This document shows positions 46,318 through 58,136 of a DNA stretch of 64,000 nucleotides, one piece after another (the first letter of the stretch is position 1; each line of letters begins with the position of its first letter). The stretch is taken from assembly GCA_964019335.1 (NCBI GenBank), contig OZ025742.1, positions 124,001 through 188,000 on the forward strand. The letters are read 5' to 3'. This DNA is from Diplonema japonicum (Eukaryota; Protista; Euglenozoa: Diplonemea). The position numbers and the translations under genes were made by a program. The notes below the pieces were generated by a model. It saw only the letters and a list, made by a program, of their open reading frames with translations, did no database searches and was not told where the DNA came from.

Positions 46318-46808
46318 TTTTTACCCCTAGCTTCTCAACAGCAAGTTTAAAAGCATCCATTTTTGTCACCCCCTCTTTTACTGAATTTGTGCAAAGTGAA
46401 AAAACCCATTTTTGCCCCTAGGACTGAATTTTCTGGGTACTAGTAACACTCACTTTCCCATTTTCTGGGGTGTTTTCTTTCCTAACCTGGGCCGGGAAAG
46501 TTGTAGAATTTTTTTTCTTTGGGAAAAAGTACTTAGAGAAATATTGAAAGTGTCAATTGGCCTCATTTTGGGGGGGGGGGGGGTTTTGAAACGATGCCAT
46601 ATAAACAAAAAGAGAGGAAAAAAACGAAGAAGAAAAAAAGTGTTTTTTTTTTTTTTTTTTTTTTTAATTATTTTCTTACCCCTCCATAAATATTATATTA
46701 GTTTTGTTTCTTGGTTTTTTTTTTTTTTTTTTTCTTTTTTAGAAAAAAAGCTCAGAGCAGGGCAAAAAAAAAAAAAAAAAAAAAAAAAAAGAGAGAAAAA
46801 AGGGAGAA

Positions 46809-47480
46809 ATGCCCAAAAAGGGTGGGAAGAACAAAGGAAGCAGCAAGAAGGGCCGGGCGAAACCCGAGGCCACGGACAACATCGACCAGATTCTGGACGA
46901 GTGGTTCTACATGGGACCGAACTTCAACGAGAAGAGGAAGGAGAAGTACAAAAAGGAGATCGGGGCCGCCTTCAAGATGTTCGAGCGGGTCGGGGAGGGA
47001 GGGGGCAGGGAAAAATCCTGCGACTGGAGGGAGGTCAAGACTATCGTAAGAAGCCTGAACCTAAACCCCACAAAGGACCAGCTGGCACAGATGTTAGATG
47101 AAATGGAGGACCCCGAACCCTCCGCCTTCATAAAATACGAGCGCCTAGAAGAGGTCCTCCTCAAAATCCTTCTAACAAAGGAGTACATCCCAAAAACAAA
47201 ACGCGCTCCCCAAGAAGGAGAGGTTGACGACTATGCTTCCAACCTTCTGGTGCGCGACTCTGAAGAAACCATTGTCAATGCCTTCAAAGTCCTAGACACG
47301 GCCAAACGGGGTGAACTTGAGGCAGAGGCCTTCGGCAATCTCATGATGAAGTCCGGCCGTCCAGGAGAGGACTTCGAACGTGAAGAGGTCGTAGATATGA
47401 TACAAGCTGCGGCAGACCCAGACTCGGGTCTTGTGAAGTACGAGGATTCCCTTTATGTTGACCAGCTTGCAAACGACTAA
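46809..47480 (+). CDS. EFCAB2: EF-hand protein, dynein regulatory complex subunit 8-like
   Basis: IGAAFKMF...REVKTIVRSLNLNPT...AFKVLDTAKRG...MIQAAADPDSGLVKY matches the EFCAB2/DRC8 pattern. Confidence 0.8.
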   Translation: MPKKGGKNKGSSKKGRAKPEATDNIDQILDEWFYMGPNFNEKRKEKYKKEIGAAFKMFERVGEGGGREKSCDWREVKTIVRSLNLNPTKDQLAQMLDEMEDPEPSAFIKYERLEEVLLKILLTKEYIPKTKRAPQEGEVDDYASNLLVRDSEETIVNAFKVLDTAKRGELEAEAFGNLMMKSGRPGEDFEREEVVDMIQAAADPDSGLVKYEDSLYVDQLAND

Positions 47481-47632
47481 AAAAAAATGAGGGGAAAATG
47501 TGCACATTAACATGTGTGTTTCTGTTTAATTTTTTTTTTCTTTTTTTTTTTTTTTTTTTTTTTTTATTACATGGTCAGGGTGGGGGGAGGAGGGGAGGAA
47601 AATGTTGTGAAAAAGAAAGAAAAAAGAATAGA

Positions 47633-48037
47633 ATGAACAGAAACGGCGGGCCGCGGATGCTGTCCTCGCCTGCACCGCCGCCGCCTCCGCCGTTGCCTGC
47701 GCAGGTTCACACTGTTCCTGTGTGCTATTCAAAGGTGGTGGTCGAGAAGAAAGCGGTGACCCCGCGCCGTCCACAGCATTCTCATGACGTGCAGCCTATT
47801 CGGCATGTGTACTGTTGGAAGTGTGGAAGCCCTCTCGCACTGCCAGAAGCGGTGTTCTGCACGATGTGTGGGTGCAGGGTGCCCGACGGCCCCAACAAAC
47901 AACCACCCCCGCCCCCCTCATCCGCAAAACCCGCGCATTTTGGATACCCGGGGAATCCCAAGAAACAAAACGGCTGCCAGGACGAGCAATCAGTGCTGAA
48001 GTACCTTCAGCGGACCGTTCGGTATAACATGAAGTGA
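47633..48037 (+). CDS. Small Pro-rich zinc-ribbon protein
   Basis: YCWKCG...FCTMCG zinc ribbon; ATG after an A-rich leader. Confidence 0.7.
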   Translation: MNRNGGPRMLSSPAPPPPPPLPAQVHTVPVCYSKVVVEKKAVTPRRPQHSHDVQPIRHVYCWKCGSPLALPEAVFCTMCGCRVPDGPNKQPPPPPSSAKPAHFGYPGNPKKQNGCQDEQSVLKYLQRTVRYNMK

Positions 48038-48058
48038 GCTCTTTTTTTTTTTTTTTCT

Positions 48059-48383
48059 GGTGGTGGGGATAACATGGAAATATAAGAAGTACATCAGATG
48101 TGTTGTTCGCTGTTGACCTCCCCGTCGGTCATCACGGTAGCGCCCGAGTGGAAGAACGTAACGCAGGTGCTCAGGGTGACGAACAGGCAGCAAACTGCAC
48201 GAGCGCAGAATCTTGGTTACCCGGGACGCCCCGGCTAGGGTTGAGCACACCGCACGCATTAAGGACACGACGCGGAACGCAGAAGAAGCTACTGCTCGGC
48301 CGAGGAGCGCCCCCTGTAATCAAGTAGGTAGTTCGTGCTTCATTGCACGCTTAACGCCACCTAGTGTTGCAATCAAAGCCCCA
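48059..48383 (+). mobile_element. Family A ribozyme-headed SINE, full-length copy 3
   Basis: Starts at P1 GGTGGTG (48059). The catalytic C at 48180 is retained, L3 is UCCCCGUC and one C is lost from P1'. Confidence 0.85.
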
Positions 48384-48471
48384 TTTTTTTTTTTTTTTTT
48401 TTGTTTCCCCCTACCATGCCCCATAGCTTCACAGGAGGGAGGGGGAAAAATCTACCAAAATTCATCCCGAG

Positions 48472-49409
48472 ATGGAACTGACCGTGGATGCCTTCACGAG
48501 GGACAGAGGCAACAGCGCGTGGGACCGGTTCTTAAGACACATCGATAAAAAAGGCGGGATAGAGAGGGTGGATGTCGACGAGGAGCTGAGAAGGTGGGAG
48601 GGCGGAAGTGCAGGAAGGGACGTCTTCGACGCAGCTATACGGTACCAAGTGAGGAAGATCAAGGCAGAACTAAGACGGACAAAAGAGAGCAAGGAGCTGC
48701 TAGAGATGCAGGTTACAACCATGAAGAAAACAATGAACACAACACCACCACCAACACCGGTAGAGAACCAGGTCATCCCGCCCTTTGCAATTGAGAAAAT
48801 GGAGGACACTCTTAACGCTACCTTGACACCTAAAAAACTATCAACAACAAGCGCATTCGCAACACCTAAACCAGCTCCCGCGAAGCAAAGATCTCGAAGC
48901 GCGTCACCCTCCGCCACCAGGAAGAGGGCAGTGTTTTCATCAGCGATACCACCGCAGCGCAACAACATCAGTCCACAGTTTGGGGATATGTCCGACCTTT
49001 TTGAATTTTATAAGTGCAAGGACACCGAGACGGTCAAGGTTGGCCGGGCCAACGCGCTGCTTCTGCAGGAGAATGAAACGTTGAAGAAGAAGCTTCAGTC
49101 GCAAGATAGAAGCCTGTCTGCAGCAGCAACTGCTATCGACGAACGGACTAAGATCCTCACAATGATCGCGGAAGCATTGAAGAGCTCAGACCGAACTCTC
49201 GGCGGTCTCTCCAAGCTCTGTGCTGAGACGGACGCACGTCCATTGTCAAGACCGGAGATCACACAGGCGTTGTCCTCCGTGCAGGGGGGTGCGAAGTCCA
49301 CCCACTCCAGTCTGAACAACCTTGTGCGGAGCATGTTCACGGAGGCGGAGATCCTGCACGTGGGGATCCCGTCTCCTCTGCCCAGCTCCGCCAGGAGGGC
49401 TCCTTCCCC
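48472..49409 (+). CDS. Hypothetical coiled-coil protein, 3'-truncated by the assembly gap
   Basis: Open frame of more than 310 aa running into the Ns. Confidence 0.75.
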
Positions 49410-49609
49410 NNNNNNNNNNNNNNNNNNNNNNNNNNNNNNNNNNNNNNNNNNNNNNNNNNNNNNNNNNNNNNNNNNNNNNNNNNNNNNNNNNNNNNNNNNN
49501 NNNNNNNNNNNNNNNNNNNNNNNNNNNNNNNNNNNNNNNNNNNNNNNNNNNNNNNNNNNNNNNNNNNNNNNNNNNNNNNNNNNNNNNNNNNNNNNNNNNN
49601 NNNNNNNNN
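49410..49609. other. Assembly gap (200 N)
   Basis: Run of n. Confidence 1.
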
Positions 49610-50739
49610 AGTAATTTTATCTCTCGAAAACAAAAACAAAAACAACAAAAAGAAAGAAATGGGCAAAACCACCAAAATCAGATTATGGGCAACATCATGG
49701 CAATTCCAACAATAGGGTGGTCTACTTACTAGCTGCTATCTGAGCTGGAGTCCTTGTCAGGCTGTCTTTCTTAGGTATCACAGGCACAGGAGGGGGCAAG
49801 AGACTCTCTTCTTCTTTCTTTGACTTCGGCATCTGGTTCAACTTTTCGCGATCAAATTATGAGCCCCGGCCAATAAGATAATAGGGACTTCCGGAGTGAA
49901 GAAATTCTGGTGAAATATTCGTATTAAAAATAAAAAATTAAAAAATAAAATATAAATATGTCTGTTTTATTCAAAAAAAAAGGGGGTCAATAACATTAGG
50001 AAGAATGCATCAAAAGCTTCCAAGATGCAGGCTCACGGGAAGGCGTTTCTGTTACTGTTTCCACAAATAAAAAACTTCCGGGGGGGGGGGGGGGGGGGGG
50101 CAGCTTTATTAGAATAATCTTTCTTTTTCTCCTCCCAATGAACGAGAAAAGTGATTTGGATATTTAAAAATAAGAAGAAAAAAAAACACACTTTTTTTTT
50201 TGATGATTTAAAAAAAAAAAAATTATGAATAAGTTTTCTCAGGGAAATAGACGAAGAAAGAATATATGAGTTAAGAAGACGCCCCCTTGAAAGAAAAATA
50301 CCAAGTATGGTAGACCAAGGTCACAACAATAACAAAAAAAAAGAAGGGAGGAGAGAGAGAATAGGACTGTTTACGATCAACAACGTACCTTGCTAGATTC
50401 GTTGGAAATCATTGGAATAAATAGACTTTTTTTTTCCTTCTTCGGAGGGGGGGGAGTGGAATTTTACTTCCTTTTTTTCTAAAAAATACTTTGGTTATTA
50501 TTTGCCTTTTGTATTCCTCCCCCCATACCCCTTCCCAAAGAGGATTTTTTTACATAGAACGGGCTCTTCTCCCCCCCCACCACCACTTTTTTGTCAAGAC
50601 AAAAAGAAAAAATCGGAGGATTAGTGTAGGGAGGGTGGGAGAAAAAAGAAAGAAAAAAAAGAAGAAAAAGAAAAGGAAGGCAATGTTTTTTTTTTTTTTT
50701 TTTTTTTTTTTTATTTTAGAGACATATATATATATATAT

Positions 50740-51915
50740 GAGCTCGTCTGAAAAAAAAAAGTCAACACTTGGGCACCTCCGAAAATTTCTTGTTTTGATT
50801 ATTTGAGCAAAAAAAGGGCAGCATGCAACCATAGGAAGATGACATACATGGTGTACATGACGCCGTTCTTTCAATTGCGATGCTTGTTTTGCCATGAGGG
50901 TGGCAGGCTTTGCAACCGGCTGCCCCCGGGAAGCGAAAAACAGAGGTCAGAAAGACGACGAAAAATGTTTAAAATGCAGTTTAAAAGCTTGAAATGCAGC
51001 ACCTAGGGTGCATAAAAGTGGTGAACACACACCTTTGTGACCCCTGGGTACAACCCAGGGTCGGGTTACTGTTAAAAGTACTTAGCGAAAATTATATGGC
51101 ATTGCATAGTCCCCAAAAAACCGGCTTTTTTAGTTCCTAAGGGAATTGGCCTAAAAGGCCCATTTTCCTGAAAGCCCAATTCTTAACACTTGCCTGCTCA
51201 ACATCGGTATCTTTGGGGCCAAATATGCATTCTCTACCCATCTGCTGAGGTTTGTCATTCTTACTCATGACAAATTAAAAATTGAGAAGTTTGCTTTTAA
51301 AGGGCCCTTAAGGGATTTTAGCCTAAAATGGGTGTTGTAGCCTAAAATAGGCCCCCATTTTAATGGTGATAAAGAGCCCAAACCACCCAAAATGACCCCT
51401 TAAGTTTCACAGATTTCCCATCTGCGTCCATTTCTTCTCGCTTTTCATTGAAGAAAGCAAAAAAGGAATATGGAGCCTGGGTCATTTACAATTTCCGGAT
51501 GCCAAAAACTAAAAAAAACCATTCTAAAAAGCATGTTTTTGCACGCGCGTTTTAGAAACGAAACAAACGGCGCGCATTGTACCTATATGGTGAACACACT
51601 TAGACTGCAATTCTGCACACAAAGTGGTGTCGGACTACTTTTGTACTTAGAAATTTTCCGAGGATTTTCCGTTGCAAAAGAGGGTCATTTGTTGACATTT
51701 TTTTCCGGACGAGCTCATAAATATATATATATATATATTTTTTTATATGTCTGTCCGGAAAGAATGTCAACAAATGACCTCTTTTGCAACGGAAACCCCT
51801 CGGAAAAAACTCTAAGCACAAAAGTAGACCGACACCACTTTGTGTGCAGAAGGTCACAATACGCGCCGTTGTTTCATTTCTTAATCGCTTGTGCAAAAAC
51901 ATGCTTTTTAGAATG

Positions 51916-51957
<42 letters not shown>

Positions 51958-52125
51958 AAGCAAAACAAGCATCGCAATTGAAAGAACGGCAACAGGTACA
52001 CTATATATGTCATCTTCCTATGGTTGCACGCCCTTTTTTTTGCTCAAATAATCAAAACAAAAAATTTTCGAACTGCTAAAAAAAAAAAAAAAAAAGTGTT
52101 GACACATTTTAATCCGGACGAGCTC
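50740..52125. mobile_element. Two tail-to-tail copies of a GAG...CTC-terminated (Sola-like) non-autonomous element forming a large imperfect palindrome
   Basis: 50740-~50895 is inverted at ~51960-52125, and ~51520-51716 is inverted at 51749-~51920. Termini are gagctcgtc/gacgagctc with (AT)n flanks. Confidence 0.75.
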
Positions 52126-52279
52126 ATATAGAATATTTTTTTTCCTTTTTTTTCCTTCCCCCCCCCCAAAAAAATGTTCAGTTGCAAAAAAAACAGCATT
52201 TCCTTGAGAAAAGTCGTTTAGAAAAAAAAAAAAAAAGAAAAAGAGAAAAAAAAAAGAGGGGGGAAAAAAACCATTGTCA

Positions 52280-53722
52280 TCATTCCTGCAACATGAATGG
52301 GTGCAGCAACAGCTCGCTAGCACTACACCTCTCCTCGGGGTCTATCGCAAGACAGGACTTCAAAAAATCATGGAGGTGGGGCGTCGGTGCGGCCAAAGCA
52401 GGAGAGATGCAAGGCAACACCTCCGGTTTAAGGTTTTGCAGCCTATAGTTGAAAATCTCAGGAAAACTCATAACCTGAGGGGAAAACGGCAACGTAGCCA
52501 GAAACAACTGGTATGCTATCACCCCCAACGACCATATGTCAGATGACGAACAAGCCCGGCCCGAACACGCCTCGGGCGACATATAAAATGGCGTACCTGC
52601 AGGAAGTGTAGGGACGCACACGGAAGTTGCTGCACCAAAATCAGCAAGCTTGCATTTTCCTTCAGCAGTGAGGAGGATGTTAACAGGCTTCAGGTCACGG
52701 TGCACCACCGATCGCCCGTGAAGAAACGCTAGGCCACTAGTCACATCGTTCATGTAGCCCTTCAAACAGCTGTCTGGGAGCTTTTCAAACTTTTCAATGA
52801 CATCAGCAAGAGTCCCTCCGGATAGGTATTCCAGAACAACATATAAATACTGCCCTGAAACCCCCGATCCTAGATAAGCAACAACATTGTCATGGCGAAG
52901 TGTGGAGAGCAGCGTCACCTCGTTGACGAAGAGGTTGATTTTCTCTTCTATGGTGTTGCGGCGTGCCTTTCTCCTGCTGGATGGCGGGGTGTAGTTTGTT
53001 AGAAACTGCGTTTTCACGGCGACGAACTTCCGTTCTTTTTTGGACACGCCAAGCAAGACCTCTCCAAAGCACCCCCGTCCAAGGGTTCTCTTTGACACGC
53101 ACCACTCCGAGTCCAGCTCCGTCGATATCTTCTGAGGAAATAAAATATCTGTTTCCGGGGTGTACTCCGACGCCAGGTTGATCTTCTTCCTAAGGTTCGT
53201 CAGCGAAGGGTACCGCTGGGTACCAAAACCTTCTTCCTCGTCACCATCGTCGTCTATAAATGCCTTCTCACATCTATTGTCAGTGTTGCAAGTATCGAAC
53301 TTCACGCAGCACGGTATACAGATAACGGCCAGGGTCAGGACTCTCTTCAAGAATTCCATGCCTGCTTGTTGGGACATGAAGTAAAGCAGGCTTGGTAGTA
53401 AGAGTCCGGTGACCAGCCCTTTGTCTCTTACCCATACGCCGACGCTTAAGAAGACCAGGATGTTTGGCCATAATGGAAGTTGGGCCCATGTTCCCTCTTG
53501 TAGGTATTCGCCCACAGCCCATCCCACACTGCATAGAAGCCCGGCAACGGGTTTGCAGTTTCCCCAGAGTCCTACGCATCCGCCTGCAACCCAAAGAGCG
53601 TCACCCGGTATCATCTTCAGACCTACCGTGCCCCCGATCACAGTACCCCTAATGAACCCAACTGCGAGGGTGACGCACCATAGGGCTGATTCAACAGTTG
53701 CTGGGGTTAATTGAAACGGCAT
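52280..53722 (-). CDS. STE/MAP3K-like protein kinase with N-terminal multi-pass membrane region
   Basis: GRGCFG, VAVK, HRDLKPVN, DFG, GTPFYMSPE and DIWSLG motifs; several hydrophobic segments in the first ~140 aa. Confidence 0.92.
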   Translation of the reverse strand: MPFQLTPATVESALWCVTLAVGFIRGTVIGGTVGLKMIPGDALWVAGGCVGLWGNCKPVAGLLCSVGWAVGEYLQEGTWAQLPLWPNILVFLSVGVWVRDKGLVTGLLLPSLLYFMSQQAGMEFLKRVLTLAVICIPCCVKFDTCNTDNRCEKAFIDDDGDEEEGFGTQRYPSLTNLRKKINLASEYTPETDILFPQKISTELDSEWCVSKRTLGRGCFGEVLLGVSKKERKFVAVKTQFLTNYTPPSSRRKARRNTIEEKINLFVNEVTLLSTLRHDNVVAYLGSGVSGQYLYVVLEYLSGGTLADVIEKFEKLPDSCLKGYMNDVTSGLAFLHGRSVVHRDLKPVNILLTAEGKCKLADFGAATSVCVPTLPAGTPFYMSPEACSGRACSSSDIWSLGVIAYQLFLATLPFSPQVMSFPEIFNYRLQNLKPEVLPCISPALAAPTPHLHDFLKSCLAIDPEERCSASELLLHPFMLQE

Positions 53723-54142
53723 TATTTTTTTATTTTTATTTTTTTTTTCCCCGTCGTCCCTTGCGACGTCTCTCCCCCTTCCTGAGATGGATATGAAGAA
53801 TGGTGGGGGAAAAAAAAGGGGGGGGGGGAAGAATGAAGACAAAAAAGTATGGGAAAAGAAATGTTGTGGGGGGGATAGTGGGGTGGAGAGAGAATTTTTT
53901 AAAAAAAGGAATTACGACAGGATGGGTGGGGGAAATAAAATTTCCTCCTCCCATCCCTGTGGCTCTTCTCTTTCTTTTTTTTTTTTTTTTTTTTTTTTTG
54001 CATTCCCCCTTGACCCCTTCTCTTTTCTTGTTTTAACTTCACATTTTCGTGATCCGTGGGTTTCTTTTCTTTTTTCATTTTTCGTTTTGTTTTTTTTTTT
54101 TTTTGCCCCCATTTTTTTTAAAGTGTGAATCAGAGTCCAAAA

Positions 54143-54175
<33 letters not shown>

Positions 54176-54838
54176 AAAAGAAAGAAAGAAAAAAATATTA
54201 AATTCACAATGGGGAAGTTCTGGGGTAGGGCATTTTTTTTTTCTTTTTCTAATTTCTTTTCCCTCCGGTAAACATTGGCTTTTGTTAAATAAATCCCGGC
54301 ATGCTTACTTTGATTTTTGTTTTCCTTTTTTTTTTCTCGTGTTTTGTTGCAAACGTGAGGTGTGCTGCAATCTGAGAGTGCCCCCTTATTTAGTTCTGCA
54401 CATTGTGCAGTAATAGGGGGAGGCTTTAGCCTTTTTTTTTTCCCCCTCTTATTTTTTTTATGCCGGACTGTAATGCTGTCCTTTTCTTAAGAAACGAGAG
54501 AAGAAAATATTGTAAACCAAAAAAAAAAAAAAAAAAGAGGGGAATAATAATAATAATAAAAAAAAAAAAACAACGTGGGCGTTTTTAAAAGGGGGTGAGA
54601 AGATCTGGTTCTGTCTAGTCATACAGATATCCTCCCCCCTCCCCCCCATGTTGATTCATTTTCTTTCTTATTTTGCATTCGGGGCTTCTTTTAGTGACTG
54701 CATTTAAGAAAAGGAAAAAAGAATTCCCCCTGTAATAAAATCAGCGGAGACGGTGTGTCTTCTATCCTCCACATTTTTTTCTCTGTCTCCTTAGCCATAC
54801 TTATGGCTTTTGTTAGTCGACAAGCAAAAAAAGAAATT

Positions 54839-54881
<43 letters not shown>

Positions 54882-56283
54882 CGTTCCTCTTTTTTTCTGA
54901 AACCTCCCATTCCCACATTGTTTCTTTTTTTTTTTTTTCCACAGGGTGGATAGGGGGAAAAAAAAGGGGGATACAAAAAAAAAAGAGAAAAAAAAACAGC
55001 AATTTAGGGAATGATCGAAAAGGGAGGGAGGGGGGGGGGGGGAATACAGTAAAATTTGTCGTTTTTTTTTTCTCTTGAGTAAGGCGCAAATAATAAAAAT
55101 AAAAAATAAAAATAACTGCATAGAAGTGGAATCCTTACTGGGCACAAAGAAATACAAGTTTGTAATCATTTTTCTTTACCGTATTGCATTTGAATAAAAA
55201 AAAAGAAAAATAAGTAGATTAGGTACAGTAATTAAAAGAGGAGTAAATTGGAAAAAAAAAAAAAATTGGATCAGCGAAGTACAAGAAAAAAAAGAAGGGG
55301 GGGAGGAAGGGGGGGGGAAGAGGAATATCTGAAAAAAGAAGAAGAGAGACATTTAGATGTTGAAAGAATAACAAAAAACAGAAGAAGAAAAAAAGGGAAA
55401 CAAATGTTGGGGGGATAAACCTGAGAGGAAGAAGGTGCCAGTTGGGTTTCTTTCTTTTTCTTTCTTTTTTGCTTTGCAACCACAAACCTGAGAACTCGCG
55501 CGCAGCCTGACGTTGCTTGCCTACAGCTGAGGAGCAGAAAATAAAAAAGAAGAGAGGAATTGGGGGGAAAAAAAAAAGCTTGTCCACGCTGCTCTGAACC
55601 GGCCGGGATGGACCCAGGCATCTCTGTAAATCTTCTTTTTTTAATTTTTTTCATTTTTTTTAAATCTAAACTTTTCTTTGGTTGCCTTTCTCTCTTAACT
55701 TCGCTCGCAAGCCTTTTGTTTTATTATTCAAAAATAAAAGGGAGTGCAACAGAAATTCTTAAAAGATAGGCAAACCAAAATAGAAAAGAAAAGGAAAAAA
55801 AAAAGAAAAGAAAAGAAGGAGAGAAGGGTGGCAAAACAAAAAGGAAAAAAAAGAAAAGAAATCCTGTCGGCGAAAGAAGTAAAAAACAAGAAAGAAGAAA
55901 GAGGAAAAAAAAATAAGCAAGTATAAAAAAAAAGTTTTTTGGGGGGAAGAGAACAAGAAAAAGAAAAAGGGAACAGGGAGAGAAGGGAAAAAAAAAGTAA
56001 GAAATCTTTTTAAGCTTCTTCTTTTTTTCTTTTTTTTTTCCCCTACACTCCTTGACCTTTTAACTTTTTCATTCCTTTCTTTTTTTTTTCCCGGCCAATC
56101 TTTTTTTTAATTTTTCCCATTCCCTCCCATTGGGAGGGTTTTTTTTTTACCCCCTTCTTTTTTTCTCCTTGTTCTGCTTCTAACAAAATGGGTTTATAAT
56201 AATCAAGATTCAAAAATTGCAGTGGCTTATCCCGGTTTGTTTTCCTTTTTTTTTTTTAAAGAATACTACTTGTTCAATCGCAT

Positions 56284-56327
<44 letters not shown>

Positions 56328-56592
56328 AAAATCAAAGAAAGATAAAGAAGGGGGGAGAAAAAGAAATTCACCTCCATTCTTCTTCAATTTTGCCTACCGC
56401 TATTTAAAAAAAAAAGAAGAAGAATCATTGATGAGAGAGGGGGGGAAGAAGTGCTGTCAGCAATGGACAAAACCCTTCTCATACAACTCATGTTAGAAGA
56501 ATCATGCTCTTTCAAAAAAAAAATTTTTTTTATTGTATTCCTTTTTTTTTTTTTCGTTGAAAATTCGCTTCATTTTTTTTTTTTTTTCCTTC

Positions 56593-58011
56593 TCATTCAC
56601 TTGAACAAACCGGGGGGCATGAAGCAGCTCTGACAGGCAGACCCCCAGACGAACGACGCGAACGGGGCGTCGAGCACCTGGGCTCACGTGTGCACTGGGT
56701 CACAGTCTCAATCGCAAACTCCGTGGTCTCTGTCACCTCAGCATCTGAAGAATACTGAGAGTGGGAGGCACTAAGAGCTCCCGAAGAAGAGCACGACCCA
56801 TAGCTCGACTGCTCTGAAGACACTGCTGAATTCTTGCCCTGTTTCATTGAAACAATAATCGAAAAGAGCTCGTTGGCCTTCTCAGTCGCGGGCAGGGTGA
56901 CCGTCCCATCGTAGCAAGCACACCTAGCAAGGCAAAGAGTGACTGCCTCCCATTGAGGGTGCGTGGAGAACCCCACAGACCCCGTTTCATGGATGACATA
57001 CACTTCACAGCCCACTGGTGCCTTGACTGTGAAGACGGACCCTGCCTGCACCCCAGCCGACGGCCCCTGCATGAGGACACCCCCAAGAAGGATCTCAGGT
57101 ACGTTCCTGTGCACAGCACCACTGTCGTACCACCCCCTCACACCTTCCTCAACCAATGCCTGCGGCCAGTACATCTGGACACCATCGCACATCACCGCCA
57201 CGTCGTGCTGCCCAAGGGGGCCTGACCACACAAACGGGGGAACCCTCTGAAGAATGGTCTCTCCATGTGTCCCCATCCTCTGCGCAAGCGACTGCTTGAA
57301 AGCATGGAGGTGAAGGTTCGGGCAGGCAGCTCCCTCGGGGCATGAGGGGAACAGCGGGCACCTTGGAAGGTTCTCCAGCGGGCGGCGCCACTGTCCCTGG
57401 CACATCCTGCAGCGCAGTGTGACGAGCCCCTTCTTCACCCTCACGTTGTCCCACGAGTTGTGCATGCAGGGGCGCTCGGAGTGGATCTTCGGCTCGCTGC
57501 GCTTCAACGACGATGTTGAAGAAGACGGTGAAAGCTCCTCCTTCTCGTCACCCTTCACAGACTGGGGGATGGCCTCCACAGGAACCTGTGCAAGAACGGT
57601 GGACCCGTGCAGGTCTACCCTCTCGCTGAGGGACTGCTTTCTGGCATGGAGGTGGAGCTTGGGACACTTGCTCGCCAAGCAGCACCCTTCGGCAGTGTTG
57701 AAGTACCCGCACTTCCTCTTCCTCCATACGGCATCGACGTGTGTGCGCCACTGCACCTGGCACACCCTGCAGCGCAGGGTCACCTGACCTTTGATCACAC
57801 GAACGTTGTCCCAACTGTTGTGCGCGCACGCGGGGCTTGTGTCCTTCTTCTTCTGCTCCGCTTCCTGTGCCTGCAGCTGCTGCTTCGCTTTGCTACCGCT
57901 GCCTCTTTTCTTCGGTGCGGTGCTCATCCCGACGGGCTCCACACATGCACGGATGCCATCGTCGTGGAAGAGGGGCAAGACAGGCACAAAGCAAGGCAGC
58001 TGGGACAGCAT
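56593..58011 (-). CDS. Protein with two tandem zinc-ribbon plus CCCH modules
   Basis: Two repeats of CxHNSWDNVR...LRCRxCQxQW...C-C-C-H...KQSLxxR; the first CCCH has canonical x8-x5-x3 spacing. Confidence 0.8.
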   Translation of the reverse strand: MLSQLPCFVPVLPLFHDDGIRACVEPVGMSTAPKKRGSGSKAKQQLQAQEAEQKKKDTSPACAHNSWDNVRVIKGQVTLRCRVCQVQWRTHVDAVWRKRKCGYFNTAEGCCLASKCPKLHLHARKQSLSERVDLHGSTVLAQVPVEAIPQSVKGDEKEELSPSSSTSSLKRSEPKIHSERPCMHNSWDNVRVKKGLVTLRCRMCQGQWRRPLENLPRCPLFPSCPEGAACPNLHLHAFKQSLAQRMGTHGETILQRVPPFVWSGPLGQHDVAVMCDGVQMYWPQALVEEGVRGWYDSGAVHRNVPEILLGGVLMQGPSAGVQAGSVFTVKAPVGCEVYVIHETGSVGFSTHPQWEAVTLCLARCACYDGTVTLPATEKANELFSIIVSMKQGKNSAVSSEQSSYGSCSSSGALSASHSQYSSDAEVTETTEFAIETVTQCTREPRCSTPRSRRSSGGLPVRAASCPPVCSSE

Positions 58012-58136
58012 CTTATTTTCGGTGTACGAATAAATATAAATATAAACTTTTAAAATAAACGTCGGAACCTGTAGAGGGCATGCAATAAGGAAGAGTCAAT
58101 ACTATAATTGAAAAAAAAAAAAAAAGAAAAAAAAAC

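Larger units (their letters stand above)
43266..46598 (-). mobile_element. Degenerate Sola-like DNA transposon interrupted by a LINE
   Basis: ~55-bp TIRs (gggtcgatttcaaaa(c)naaaaatgaggccaattgacactttc) with ATAT flanks, and a minus-strand transposase remnant. Confidence 0.75.

Noticed and set aside
463-56687. Numerous poly-Phe/poly-Lys ORFs in the ORF track
   Set aside because: They are translations of A/T homopolymer tracts. The same tracts falsely extend real genes upstream (e.g. 3412, 13819, 41183).
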